Positions 28,853 through 39,560 are shown, counted from the first letter of the stretch. The stretch: DNA of 64,000 bases from a virus (IMGVR_UViG_3300010347_002008:15877-79876), one strand, 5' to 3'. Made by a program: numbers and translations. The notes: generated by a model from the sequence alone, not told the origin.

Positions 28853-31141
28853 TTAAGATAATGCTTCATATACTGAAGGATCTAAATTAACGAGTGCTTG
28901 GATCCATTGTTGCAATGTTTTTGTTAATTGATCAGGCTCTGACAATGGAAGTCCGGTTGGTTTAGTTATTGTAATATATGTATTTGGGGCTAAAGAAGAT
29001 AATTGACTTTGTAAGTCAGTTGTTTTTACTTCTGATACTATTCCCGCAGAATCTTTGACGGGAAGGTCATATGAAATATTAACAGCCTGATGTTTGAAAT
29101 ATGTTCCAGACCCGGCTAATGGGTTTGGAATACTATCATTTAAGTGAGTATAAACTCCTGCTGAATTTAATGTTTCATCTAATTTTATGGCTTGTTCATC
29201 TGCCGCTGCATCTTCTAATATATTTACAACTTGATCTGATCCTTCAAGATTAGACGGAAACTCCATAATAACAGTGCTTGACCAATCAGATTTTAATGGA
29301 TTTAATGGCCATCCAGCTTCAGAAATAGATCTAATCTTTATTTCAACCTTTTCTCCTTTTGTTATTGGAATATCTACTTGATTAATATTTACTTGTTCAC
29401 CATCTGCAATATCTTCTTCTTCCCAAGAATATGTTCCTGTACTTGCATCTAAAACTTTTTTCTTAATTGGAGATGATACGATTGTCCAGTCTGTAAATGT
29501 CCCTCTAACAATCTGTCCAGTACTTGGGTCGGCATGTTCAAAGGTGTTTAGGGAAATTCCAGTGTTATCTAACTTTAAGTATCTATATGCTATTTCAAAT
29601 TGAATAACTTGTTGTGGAGGTGTTCCCTTAGGATCTGGGATAGAAAAGAATCCTCTTATCCTATATTTAGGATCAGCCATCACAGCTGAATTTTCGTATG
29701 CAATTGTGGCAAGAGATCTAACTAATGATTGATATTCGACTGTTTTCTTTGATAAATCATTAATATTAGCTGTTATTTTTGAATTCAAGTCAGCTCTTTG
29801 AGCTACATCAGTTAATTCAACTAATTGAGCTTTTTGTTGTGCAATAGTAGTTTTTAAACTATTGATAATTGTTTTTGTAGATTCTATTTGTGTTTGTGTA
29901 TTTTTGATTGCCTCTGTATCAAGAGCGGCATTCATCTGAGTGTTTATCTGTTTAACTGCAAAATCACTAGCCGTAAATGTTGGAGCATCCGGTTTTACAC
30001 CATAGAATGCAGGAATAAATTTTTCTTTTGCTTGTCCTTCAAGTTGTTTTCCAAAATCAGAAACTGTATTAAAATAATATGTTGCAAAATCAGTTGTACT
30101 ATCCACAAGGGTTAAATCATTTGTGTAGAAATTAACTGATGTACCCCAGTTGTCTGCAATAACGTTAAAATCATCATTAACACCTTTGAAGAAAATTATA
30201 TCACATTCATTATATCCTACCGGAACTTGAACTAATTTTTCTTCAAATGGAGTCGAGTATATGTAAAAATAATCATTAATGGTTGGTTTGCCCATTCCCA
30301 CAAGAGCAATAAGTTTAACTCTTTTCTCAGTAATTTCAATAGATTCAATTTTGTAAATACTGTCTCCATATCTCAATTGATCACCTATTTTCAATTCAAC
30401 GTTATTAACAACTGTAAAATCTGTTGTTAATCCAAAATTAACTGTATCTAAATAGAACCATTCAGCATTATTAATAACACCCTTATTAACGATTAAAAAT
30501 TTACCTGTATATTCAGTAGGTTTTAATGGAAGTTCTTCAACTTGTTCATCAAGCCAGTATCTCTTTCCATTAACATTCATTATATTAACAACTTCTTCAT
30601 ATGTAAATTGCTTTCCAATGAAAGTGTCTTTAAACCATTGTGTTTGTTCATCATTATAATTATCAAATATAACTCTTCTAACAACTACTCTATCAGAACG
30701 ATCATCTATTTTCCCCTTTAATTCAAATTCAACATAAAGTTGAGGTTCCATCATTGATTCAAAGAACCAATTACTTCTAGCATTGAATTTTGTAGGTGCA
30801 GGTATTGCAGTTATTGGTGCAGGAGATTTTGCAACGGGAACCGTAGTAACTTCTCTATAAGTTCCATCATTTAATAAGACAACTCCTTGACCACTAACAA
30901 ATACATCAACAGTATTCGAAATTCTATTTAATTGATTTAAAATATAGTGATATGAAGGAATGCTATATGTATAAATAGAAGCATCTCCAGTTATCGGGTC
31001 ATTCCCTGCAACTTCAACTACAACTGAATCATTTTCAGTTGTGAGCGAGTTATTTAACTCAACCATCGAATTAAGAGCTATATTGACGTTGTTTGTAAGG
31101 TCAATAACTGATTGAGCAAATGAGTTAGTACTGTTTAACAT
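28853..31141 (-). CDS. putative baseplate/tail structural protein with central coiled coil
   Basis: 762 aa; heptad segment IKNTQTQIESTK...LSKKTVEYQSLV; FN3-like EIKIRSISEAGWP. Confidence 0.5.
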   Translation of the reverse strand: MLNSTNSFAQSVIDLTNNVNIALNSMVELNNSLTTENDSVVVEVAGNDPITGDASIYTYSIPSYHYILNQLNRISNTVDVFVSGQGVVLLNDGTYREVTTVPVAKSPAPITAIPAPTKFNARSNWFFESMMEPQLYVEFELKGKIDDRSDRVVVRRVIFDNYNDEQTQWFKDTFIGKQFTYEEVVNIMNVNGKRYWLDEQVEELPLKPTEYTGKFLIVNKGVINNAEWFYLDTVNFGLTTDFTVVNNVELKIGDQLRYGDSIYKIESIEITEKRVKLIALVGMGKPTINDYFYIYSTPFEEKLVQVPVGYNECDIIFFKGVNDDFNVIADNWGTSVNFYTNDLTLVDSTTDFATYYFNTVSDFGKQLEGQAKEKFIPAFYGVKPDAPTFTASDFAVKQINTQMNAALDTEAIKNTQTQIESTKTIINSLKTTIAQQKAQLVELTDVAQRADLNSKITANINDLSKKTVEYQSLVRSLATIAYENSAVMADPKYRIRGFFSIPDPKGTPPQQVIQFEIAYRYLKLDNTGISLNTFEHADPSTGQIVRGTFTDWTIVSSPIKKKVLDASTGTYSWEEEDIADGEQVNINQVDIPITKGEKVEIKIRSISEAGWPLNPLKSDWSSTVIMEFPSNLEGSDQVVNILEDAAADEQAIKLDETLNSAGVYTHLNDSIPNPLAGSGTYFKHQAVNISYDLPVKDSAGIVSEVKTTDLQSQLSSLAPNTYITITKPTGLPLSEPDQLTKTLQQWIQALVNLDPSVYEALS

Positions 31142-31152
31142 ATTTTATTTTT

Positions 31153-31665
31153 TTATATTATTGATCCATCAGGTGTAAACGTAAATCCCACGCTTGAGTC
31201 ATTAAACGATAAGAATAAATTACTTCCATCTAATGTAAATTTCCAAAGTCCTAATCCAAATGATGTTGTGAATGTCGGTTGATCGACAGGGGCCTTTAAA
31301 CCAATGGAAGCTTCTAAATAATCTATAGCAGCTTCAGCGTACGAGGCATCTGCTTTATTAATATCTTCATCGTTAATGTTCTCCATAAAGAAATCCATTT
31401 CAGCATTTAAAGACGAATCATCCCAAACAAATCCTTGACCCGCAACTTGATCTATTTTTGAACGTAAAATAGCTCCGTGTAATGCAGAATTATTGAACAG
31501 GTCAATTAAAACATCAGGATATTGAGTTTCATTATCTGTATCAAGATAGGGAATCCAATCTTTTCCTCTTTGAGCCTTAAAAATAGGAGCAGAATTTTTA
31601 GGGTCTAAAGCTTGAGAGAGATAAATATCCTGTGCTTCGATTGGTATCATTTCATTAAATTCCAT
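31153..31665 (-). CDS. chimeric ORF: portal-like N-terminal fragment plus fibre-like C-terminus
   Basis: RGKDWIPY...YPDVLIDLFNNSALHGAILRSKIDQVAGQG resembles the N-terminus of Bacteroidota siphophage portals as recalled; only 170 aa. Confidence 0.5.
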   Translation of the reverse strand: MEFNEMIPIEAQDIYLSQALDPKNSAPIFKAQRGKDWIPYLDTDNETQYPDVLIDLFNNSALHGAILRSKIDQVAGQGFVWDDSSLNAEMDFFMENINDEDINKADASYAEAAIDYLEASIGLKAPVDQPTFTTSFGLGLWKFTLDGSNLFLSFNDSSVGFTFTPDGSII

Positions 31666-31678
31666 AGTTTTAATTTTA

Positions 31679-31686
31679 TATTTATA
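31679..31686 (-). promoter_or_regulatory. T4-type late promoter
   Basis: TATAAATA 14 nt upstream of the start at 31665. Confidence 0.6.
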
Positions 31687-31701
31687 AGGCTAAAGCCATT
31701 T

Positions 31702-33162
31702 TTAACCTTTTACCGTCCATCCTTTAGATGTTGCTATTGTTGCATCATATCCTCCAACACCTATTCCTGGATTTCCTTTTATATAAATTGATTTAGATGT
31801 GACAGTTGGTAATGAAGCAAATAAAGCGTTTAGTGCTGTATCATCTAAATTACAATATCTTACATAACAATGTTGAGCAAACTGGCCTGCTGTCGAGTTT
31901 ACTAATACGGATCTTGTCACATTATTTGCATATGTATCTCCAGATTCAACACCTATTAATAATTTAGAACATAAACAATTTATTGAAACATCTAATAATG
32001 AATCATTGTTTGTTAATCTAAATAATCTTGCAGTTGATGTGGTTAAAACATCAAAGTTAGCAGTTTCTAAAGCTGTATTTGAATAAACTTGGCATCCTGT
32101 TGTGGGTGTTGATGTGAATGTAATATTTTTTAATTTTATATTATTGTAAATATTAAATGAAGCGCCAGCAGAACTTAATGATGGAACTGTTAAATCAGTT
32201 AAAGATGTATTTGTTAAATTGAAATTAGTACAGGCAGGCAAATCTGAAGGTAAAATCAATTCTTCTACATCCGGTCCTGCTGGATTTACAGTTGTTGCTG
32301 CTGTTAAATCGTCAACAGTTATTTTTCTAACACCAGAAATACCAGTAATAGAAAATGATGTTGCATTTGCCACTCCAGTAAAACTTAATTCTGAGGCATC
32401 TGAAATACAAACAAATGGATTTAACATTGATGTAATAGCCCCAAAGGTTGTCGGAATATTAAATTTTAATTTAGGGCATTGTAAAAAATAATCTAAATTA
32501 GTGACACTTGTCCAATCAATTGTAGGTAAAACTAATTCTTCAAGTTCAGCAGCCCCATAAAGCATATATGATAAATCAGTCACACTATTTTCAAAATCTT
32601 TAAATTTTACAGATTTTAAATAAGGACAACCAACTCCTCCACTTATATTAGAATCTATTGATTGTCCAAACATATAAGAAAAATTTGTAAAGGCTTGTAA
32701 ATCTAATTCAGAATAAGCAGCTAAAACAGGAACAGTTGTTACATAATGATTAATCCCATTTGTAATAAATCTGAAGAATGTAAATATATCTTTTCCAGAT
32801 ATTCCATCTAATGGTTCTATCACACATTTATAAGTTGTATATCCTTCAGAACAAGGGGTTCCTTCTCCTTTTACATATGTATGTGTTATAGGCACTCCAC
32901 TACCTGCATTTTCAATTAACCCATCACCCCAATCAATTTGATATTCAGGATAAACTGCAGTTGTTGCAAAAAATGCAAACATAACAGGTTCATCTCTAAA
33001 TAAGAAAACAAGTTTACCATCGCCTTCTTCATATATTGATGGCCAATCACTTGGATATGTCCAACCACAAGATGGACAAGGCGTAGGTGTTGAAGTTGAC
33101 ACACTCAAGATTTGATCGTTATACTTGAGTATTTGATCGTTATATTTTAATATTGAACTCAT
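31702..33162 (-). CDS. surface/adhesin-like protein with PKD-like motif and BspA/LRR-like repeats
   Basis: IDWGDG...HTY; repeated SVTDLSYM/SVTNLDYF/LxxLxLP units. Confidence 0.6.
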   Translation of the reverse strand: MSSILKYNDQILKYNDQILSVSTSTPTPCPSCGWTYPSDWPSIYEEGDGKLVFLFRDEPVMFAFFATTAVYPEYQIDWGDGLIENAGSGVPITHTYVKGEGTPCSEGYTTYKCVIEPLDGISGKDIFTFFRFITNGINHYVTTVPVLAAYSELDLQAFTNFSYMFGQSIDSNISGGVGCPYLKSVKFKDFENSVTDLSYMLYGAAELEELVLPTIDWTSVTNLDYFLQCPKLKFNIPTTFGAITSMLNPFVCISDASELSFTGVANATSFSITGISGVRKITVDDLTAATTVNPAGPDVEELILPSDLPACTNFNLTNTSLTDLTVPSLSSAGASFNIYNNIKLKNITFTSTPTTGCQVYSNTALETANFDVLTTSTARLFRLTNNDSLLDVSINCLCSKLLIGVESGDTYANNVTRSVLVNSTAGQFAQHCYVRYCNLDDTALNALFASLPTVTSKSIYIKGNPGIGVGGYDATIATSKGWTVKG

Positions 33163-33169
33163 TAGTTAT

Positions 33170-33177
33170 TATTTATA
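33170..33177 (-). promoter_or_regulatory. T4-type late promoter
   Basis: TATAAATA 8 nt upstream of the start at 33162. Confidence 0.6.
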
Positions 33178-33394
33178 TTTCAATTTTTTCTCCAATAAAT
33201 CCAGGAATTTCAACTTTAAAATATTTTTCATTCCCTGTTAAATCATAATCATTATATGAATCTGTCAAATCATTTTCAAATTGCCAACGACCAATAAGAC
33301 CATCCGTAGGAAAAGCAGGCGCAGCAGCTACTTCCATCCAAGTATATTGATGATTTATCTGAGCAAATTCATTATTATAAAGTCCGTAACTCAT
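33173..33394 (-). CDS. truncated LamG/concanavalin-like protein
   Basis: PTDGLIGRWQFENDLTDS is a LamG domain start, but the ORF ends about 30 aa later. Confidence 0.45.
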   Translation of the reverse strand: MSYGLYNNEFAQINHQYTWMEVAAAPAFPTDGLIGRWQFENDLTDSYNDYDLTGNEKYFKVEIPGFIGEKIEI

Positions 33395-33408
33395 TGAATA
33401 TTAATATT

Positions 33409-34218
33409 TTAATATTTAGTATCGTAAACCCATTTAATTGTCTCCGCATCTAATACGCAAGGCCATATTCGTATTCTCTCCATTGTTCCTCTTGTAAAAA
33501 ATTGTTCATCCCAATCCTGACAATTTATAAATAATCTTTTTGCAATTAAATTACTTTCGTGCACATCTAAAGGCGGCCCCACATCAACATATTTCCATCC
33601 CATTGCACCATATGTTTGAGTTTGAGCCCATAAACTTCCATCAATATAAAGTTTGATATAATTTTCTGTTTTTGTTGACCCATCCCACGTTGCGGTCAAC
33701 ATATGTGGTCCCGTATTATGAAAATTAAAACTTGCATCAGCTATAAAATATGGTGTATCATAAGATGTATGTATTTTAGCTCTTGGATGATTTCCTGTAT
33801 ATGTGTCTAAAGTAAATCCTATTTTTTCCCCTAATGATGTATCACCCCATAAATAACCCATACTATTATTAATATGTGATGTTGTTGTTTGACCTTCTCT
33901 AACCCAAATTGAATATGTAAATCCTTTATTTGCATCAAAACAAGCCATTGTCGATGCGTTTGTCCCTGCAATCCAATAATATCCTGATACATCAACATCA
34001 ATATAAAGAGATGATGTATCATCTAAAATAGCACTTTCTCCAAAGACATATTCAATTCCTGTTTCTGTTCGTAAACTTGCTCCTTGATTATTAATTCTTG
34101 TATAATCTCCATCTAAATCCCATCCATAAGCAAGACAAGTTGTATAAAATGAAGAATCAGGAGTAAAAGGAATAATCCTATTTTGTTCCAAAATTCCGTG
34201 TCTTAAAAATTGACTCAT
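33409..34218 (-). CDS. LamG/concanavalin A-like domain protein
   Basis: FTYSIWV, HMLTATWDGS, KLYIDG, GTMERIRIW...I..VY. Confidence 0.7.
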   Translation of the reverse strand: MSQFLRHGILEQNRIIPFTPDSSFYTTCLAYGWDLDGDYTRINNQGASLRTETGIEYVFGESAILDDTSSLYIDVDVSGYYWIAGTNASTMACFDANKGFTYSIWVREGQTTTSHINNSMGYLWGDTSLGEKIGFTLDTYTGNHPRAKIHTSYDTPYFIADASFNFHNTGPHMLTATWDGSTKTENYIKLYIDGSLWAQTQTYGAMGWKYVDVGPPLDVHESNLIAKRLFINCQDWDEQFFTRGTMERIRIWPCVLDAETIKWVYDTKY

Positions 34219-34228
34219 TTTCTAATAA

Positions 34229-37200
34229 TTATTTAAGATTTCCCCATCCATAGAATACTCCACTTCCTTTATGAACAACTGAAGCACTTGCATATCTGTC
34301 TCTTAAAACAACTGAACTATCTGTCGTTAATAATGTTGACGCATTTAAAGTGATATTTCCACCACCAATATTAACAATTGTTGATTGAAATCCTGTTGCT
34401 AAACTATTTGGATATGTTAATGTAAATGTTCCTGAAGCTTCAATTATAAATCCATTACAAGATGCTTCAACTGTATAAGCTGATGTTTTATAAACAAATC
34501 CTGTATTGCTACCTACAGCACCTTGACTTCCAATAGTTCCTTGTGCTCCTATAGTTCCCTGTGCACCTACTGAACCTTGGCTACCTACAGCACCTTGACT
34601 TCCAATAGCACCTTGAACCCCAGATGCTCCTTGAATTCCTTGTGCACCTTCAGTTCCTGCAGTTCCTTGAGCGCCTTCAGTTCCAGCAGTTCCTTGTGCT
34701 CCTACTTCTCCTTGAGTTCCTTGAGCACCTTCAGTTCCAGCAGTTCCTTGAGCACCTTCAGCACCTTGAATACCAGCTAAACCTTGAGCACCTGCTTCTC
34801 CTTGAGTTCCTTGTGCGCCAACTTCACCTTGAGTTCCTTGTATTCCTTCTACAGATGATGCAATAAATATTTCATTAGCTGTTTGAGAAACTATAATCCC
34901 TGTACTTGCATTTATAGATCTTGCATAAAGAATTGGTGCTGTTGTTGCATTAAAAATTTGTGCATCACCAACTTCGTTATAAACAGAAGTGACAGCTTCT
35001 CCAACATTTAATTTATTAGCTAATGAAGCATCAACATATCCTTTATGAATTAAAGAAAGTTCAGCTAAATCATCAGGAGCTGCTACTGTATATTCTAATT
35101 TTTTATCAATATAAGTGGCTCCAGGTGTGACATTAACTGTATTTACACTTGGTGTTCCACTTGAATATTGAGTGGCTGTTAACGAAATAGAAGCCTGTTC
35201 ACCACTTTGTTGATCACTACCCTGAAGATATAAACTACCTACGCCACAATTATCTCCGTCAACCCCTCCTTTTGCATCAAGCAAATACGTTGGTCTCTTG
35301 ATATAATCAGGCGCTTGATTATAAATAGTTTTTGACTCATTTATATAATTTAAATCAGGCTCATCTTCATTAAAGATTTTATTGGCGACGATAAAGTTGT
35401 TAGCGTCATCAGTGACAACATTGTATTTGTTTAAATATGAAGGGTCATAAACTGTGCTTGGAATCTCAGCATCTAATTTTGTTGAATAAAGATCAACTAT
35501 TGATGGGTCTTGACCAATATGTGCAAAACTCGCATCTATTTGTTCTTTTGTATAGAATGAAGCATCTATTTCATCTTTAGTATAGAAATAATCTTCAGCA
35601 TCAAGTAAAAGAGTACTAATATCTTGTGTTGAAACATCTAATGAACCTTCATCCCAATAAAAATCTGTTCCAAGACTTGTTTCTTTAACAAATGTATTTT
35701 TCGCATATCCTTTTGATATTAATGCAGATGTATCAGTTGTATTTTCATCAACCCCTTCATAATGTATAGCAGCATTAGCTTCTATCCTCTCATTATTTAA
35801 TATGAACCAAGGACCATTTGAAGCATCTTCATCATTGTAAATTTTAACTCTATTTAAATCATTTGAAATTTCAATTCCGTTTACAAAATAAGTTTCTGCA
35901 TCATATCCATACATTGATATTGTATCACCGTCATTAACAATTTGTGTTACGTGGGTTTCGCCATTATTCCATTTATAAACATCTACTTTATTAGAATACA
36001 AATCATCTATTGAAGCATCACGCACTGCATTAATAGTCACTGAATATTCAGAATCATCAAAAGTTATTCCATCCCCAGCAATTAAACCTTTAGCAACTGC
36101 AGTTGCCTTGTTATCTACAACATCTAAATATAAAAGACCAACATCTCCTGAACCATTTCCAACTCCAAATAATGCAGTATCGTAAAGATCTTGAATAGAT
36201 GGGTCTTGACCTGATGGTCCTATTTCATCAATTCTTGTGCTTAGGTCTAAAGTATAATCATATAAATAAGGTATTGAAGCATCTTGACCAGATGGACCTA
36301 TTTCATCAATTCTTGTCGAAAGATCTAAAGTATAATCATATAAATAAGGTATTGAAGCATCTTGATCAGGACTAAAGTTGTCTATTCTTGTCGAAAGATC
36401 TAAAGTATAATCATATAAATAAGGTATTGAAGCATCTTGACCTGAAGGACCTATTTCATCAATTCTTGTGCTTAAGTCTAAAGTATAATCATAAAGGTTT
36501 TCAATAGAAGAATCTATTTCTGAATATCTTTCTAAAATATCATCAATAGAGGCATCCCTTGCTAATAAACTTCCATCAATATAATTATAATCCATTGAAG
36601 TCACACTTACATCCAAGTAGCCTGAAGCATCCCAAACAAAGCCTGGGCCTAATGCTGCAGTTCCGGTAATATCTCTTGCAATATCATTTACTTGATATTT
36701 AAGAGCAGTAACATCATTCATCAATTGGGTTTGTTGTCCTTGAAGAAGAACATATTGTCCAGAGATGTAATTTAAAGTTGAGTTTTGTTGTGTTAAAATA
36801 CTAACCGCACTTGAAAGATTTTGGAAAGCAGCTTGCCATTGATCAGCCATTATTTGATCGCTTGTTGCAGCATCAACAACTATGGCACCCGTATCATCAA
36901 TCATATTGTCGGTCTTAATATTAAGACGTAATGAATATGATGTTCCGAAACCAGTAGGGCCACTTTGTATTTTTTCAAGAGATGGAAGCAAAATTCCTTC
37001 ATATCCTTCGACAATTTGAGATGAATTTCCAGAAGGAGCATCAAGGAACATAACTCCTAATAAATTTGTTGCTAATATGGCATCTCTTGTAGAGTTATAA
37101 ATTGAATAATAAATTAATACAGCATTAAAATTAAATCTATCATTAACTGCGTGGGTTGTGGCTAAGGTGTCAAATGTTAATGTTGAATCTCCAAATATTG

Positions 37201-38191
37201 TTCGTAAATTATCAATCCCAAATTCGAGATTTATACAATCAACTTTAGACCTTTTAAAATCTATAGTGTTAGGTCCCGTATATCTTAATACAGTATTATA
37301 AACCCCTGAATTTATATAATTTGAAGAGTCTGTTAGATACGCATTTTTTGCAGAAATAGGATCCTTTCCTTCTGCAGAATACCACCATCCTGGGTATGTT
37401 CCTGTTGAGTCATCATATTCCATATAATATGGTTCAGGACCAACTTGAGTTGATGAATCAACAAAATCATAATAAGCTAAATAACTTAAACCGTCTGGGT
37501 GGGGTCTTGTATATGATTCTCGTCCTAATATATTTTCTCCTAGATCTCCTATTTCCATTCCATGACGATAATTATCATCTTCTACTTGTTTAAAGTATGC
37601 TCTCGTCTGTCCATGAGAAGTAGGAACTAAAACATAAGTTTCATTATAAGTTCCAAATGTATCAACTCTAACATTTCCTGCTGATACTGGTCCAATATAT
37701 TGTACAACACGGCTATAATCACTTGAATCTACTTCTTCCGTCCAATAACGTACACCATTTCCAGCAATTGACGGATCTGCCCATCTTATAGCCCCGGTTT
37801 CTTTTAACCATTTCCAAAATACACGTTCTGAAACTGTATTACTTAATTCAGGATTGTAAGTTTCTTGATTTAATAAATTTGCTTCTAAATTTAAAGCATA
37901 GTTTTGAAAAGACTCAGCAATAAGAACACGACCATCTTTTATAGAAGTTGTTCCTTGCTCATATTCCCAACAACCTACAATATTTCTGATATTAAAAGTA
38001 TTGAAAATAGTTCCTGTACTTGCCTCAGCAATGTTTGGTATATTTAAAAGTGCAAAGTGAGAGATCTTAACGACGTTGTTTCGCTCATTAATATTTAGGC
38101 CAATGTCCTCAACAGCAGAACTGAATGTGTAAATAGTTCCGCCTGTAGCTCTCATTCTCTTCACAAAAGGTGTAACTCGATTATTAGCCAT
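34229..38191 (-). CDS. long tail fibre-like protein with tandem repeats and a collagen-like segment
   Basis: 1320 aa; 25-26-aa repeats; (GxQ GTx)n collagen triplets near the C-terminus. Confidence 0.7.
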   Translation of the reverse strand: MANNRVTPFVKRMRATGGTIYTFSSAVEDIGLNINERNNVVKISHFALLNIPNIAEASTGTIFNTFNIRNIVGCWEYEQGTTSIKDGRVLIAESFQNYALNLEANLLNQETYNPELSNTVSERVFWKWLKETGAIRWADPSIAGNGVRYWTEEVDSSDYSRVVQYIGPVSAGNVRVDTFGTYNETYVLVPTSHGQTRAYFKQVEDDNYRHGMEIGDLGENILGRESYTRPHPDGLSYLAYYDFVDSSTQVGPEPYYMEYDDSTGTYPGWWYSAEGKDPISAKNAYLTDSSNYINSGVYNTVLRYTGPNTIDFKRSKVDCINLEFGIDNLRTIFGDSTLTFDTLATTHAVNDRFNFNAVLIYYSIYNSTRDAILATNLLGVMFLDAPSGNSSQIVEGYEGILLPSLEKIQSGPTGFGTSYSLRLNIKTDNMIDDTGAIVVDAATSDQIMADQWQAAFQNLSSAVSILTQQNSTLNYISGQYVLLQGQQTQLMNDVTALKYQVNDIARDITGTAALGPGFVWDASGYLDVSVTSMDYNYIDGSLLARDASIDDILERYSEIDSSIENLYDYTLDLSTRIDEIGPSGQDASIPYLYDYTLDLSTRIDNFSPDQDASIPYLYDYTLDLSTRIDEIGPSGQDASIPYLYDYTLDLSTRIDEIGPSGQDPSIQDLYDTALFGVGNGSGDVGLLYLDVVDNKATAVAKGLIAGDGITFDDSEYSVTINAVRDASIDDLYSNKVDVYKWNNGETHVTQIVNDGDTISMYGYDAETYFVNGIEISNDLNRVKIYNDEDASNGPWFILNNERIEANAAIHYEGVDENTTDTSALISKGYAKNTFVKETSLGTDFYWDEGSLDVSTQDISTLLLDAEDYFYTKDEIDASFYTKEQIDASFAHIGQDPSIVDLYSTKLDAEIPSTVYDPSYLNKYNVVTDDANNFIVANKIFNEDEPDLNYINESKTIYNQAPDYIKRPTYLLDAKGGVDGDNCGVGSLYLQGSDQQSGEQASISLTATQYSSGTPSVNTVNVTPGATYIDKKLEYTVAAPDDLAELSLIHKGYVDASLANKLNVGEAVTSVYNEVGDAQIFNATTAPILYARSINASTGIIVSQTANEIFIASSVEGIQGTQGEVGAQGTQGEAGAQGLAGIQGAEGAQGTAGTEGAQGTQGEVGAQGTAGTEGAQGTAGTEGAQGIQGASGVQGAIGSQGAVGSQGSVGAQGTIGAQGTIGSQGAVGSNTGFVYKTSAYTVEASCNGFIIEASGTFTLTYPNSLATGFQSTIVNIGGGNITLNASTLLTTDSSVVLRDRYASASVVHKGSGVFYGWGNLK
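34510..34846 (-). repeat. collagen-like Gly-X-Y repeat
   Basis: GIQGTQGEVGAQGTQGEAGAQ...GSQGAVG. Confidence 0.9.
36200..36500 (-). repeat. four tandem 75-78 bp coding repeats
   Basis: (IPY)LYDYTLDLSTRIDEIGPSGQDAS x4 with near-identical DNA. Confidence 0.9.
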
Positions 38192-38240
38192 ATTATTATA
38201 TTAGTTTTTTTATATATTCAATAGTATCAAAAAGTCACAT

Positions 38241-39560
38241 TTATCCAGCTAATCCAACTTGGCCGACAACAGCATATCTTTTTGACGGAGGTTTACCGTC
38301 TGGATATATCAAACTTAAATCAATTGTGCCAATAGTATCTTTCCAAGCCGTCTCGATATTTCCCGAAGGATCTCCTTTATAAAAATGTTCCCCATTTAAA
38401 TCTAAGTTCCACAAAGTGAAATTTTTAATATTTGTCCAACTAACTGAATCCCATCCTCCAATCCAAGTAGATCCTCTTGAAGATCCCGTTCCTGCATTAA
38501 CTTTGCTCTGAATAGCTCCATTAATATAAAGACTAACATCACCAGCTGCAGATGCTCCGTTATAATAAAAATCTATATGATTTTTTTGATTTGGAAGAAA
38601 AATAGGACATTGTTTAACTGTCGAGCCATAATAATATTGTATAGAGGTGTCAGAAATAAATCTTACTCCCATATTATTAGTTCCTCCTAATACTATCATA
38701 ACAGAGGTGCCAGTTCCGATGTTTGTAGAGGTGTCCATATAACAATCAAAGGAAATTCTATAATCTGAAGCAGAAGGAGGTGCTAAGCTAGTATTCGATT
38801 TCAAAAATACACTTCCATCAAATTTTAATAATTGTGTTGGTCCATAATTAATTAAAACAGAAACATCATACGCTGTTGACGAACTAAAAATATTTAATAT
38901 CTTTGCTATATTGGCATTGGAAGAACCGTCTGTGGGTGGAGAGTTTCGATATTTATCGAGCCATATTGCAGTTGTATAATTAGGCAAAACTTGATTCCAT
39001 CTAGTTGCTAATTTATCAAGTATGTTATCTACAGTTGTTGTATCTAATGAACAACTTACACAATTAATTTGGAAAAAATGTCGGTTTAATGTTGTTGGGA
39101 ATATAATAGTCTGCAAATTTTTATTTCCATATATTTGTGATGAAATAGGGTTTTTTATCTGCATAAGATCGGGGTTAGTATTAGCATCAAATACTCCACC
39201 TAAATTACTTAATGTTGATAGATCTAATACACCAACTATTTTATCATTATCTATTCCGATTTCTAAAATTCCGACACTTCCAGTTGTAGATCCTTGATAA
39301 ACTTTTACAGTTTTATTTCCGCTCAATGAATAAACATGAGTAAATTTATTGGAATTCAATATTGATCCATCACCCAAATCCCACCATAACGTTCCAGATG
39401 ATGTAGCAACTGAAGGATCAAACGAAGACCCACCAACATCGTTAGTCACAAATTGCAAAAGCAGAGGACCATAGTCAATAGGAGGAGTATAGTCCAAACA
39501 AATTGGAATTTTTCCAATTGATAACGGAATTCCCCCTATATGTAATATTGTTTTACTCAT
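38241..39560 (-). CDS. adhesin-like protein (PKD-like, LRR-like and LamG-like segments)
   Basis: WDLGDG...HVY; LDLSTLSNL; HIDFYY...SLYING...KNFTLWN. Confidence 0.55.
   Translation of the reverse strand: MSKTILHIGGIPLSIGKIPICLDYTPPIDYGPLLLQFVTNDVGGSSFDPSVATSSGTLWWDLGDGSILNSNKFTHVYSLSGNKTVKVYQGSTTGSVGILEIGIDNDKIVGVLDLSTLSNLGGVFDANTNPDLMQIKNPISSQIYGNKNLQTIIFPTTLNRHFFQINCVSCSLDTTTVDNILDKLATRWNQVLPNYTTAIWLDKYRNSPPTDGSSNANIAKILNIFSSSTAYDVSVLINYGPTQLLKFDGSVFLKSNTSLAPPSASDYRISFDCYMDTSTNIGTGTSVMIVLGGTNNMGVRFISDTSIQYYYGSTVKQCPIFLPNQKNHIDFYYNGASAAGDVSLYINGAIQSKVNAGTGSSRGSTWIGGWDSVSWTNIKNFTLWNLDLNGEHFYKGDPSGNIETAWKDTIGTIDLSLIYPDGKPPSKRYAVVGQVGLAG

Noticed and set aside
34577-34866. Plus-strand ORFs 34577-34780 and 34624-34866
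   Set aside because: Antisense shadows of the collagen repeat with low-complexity translations.
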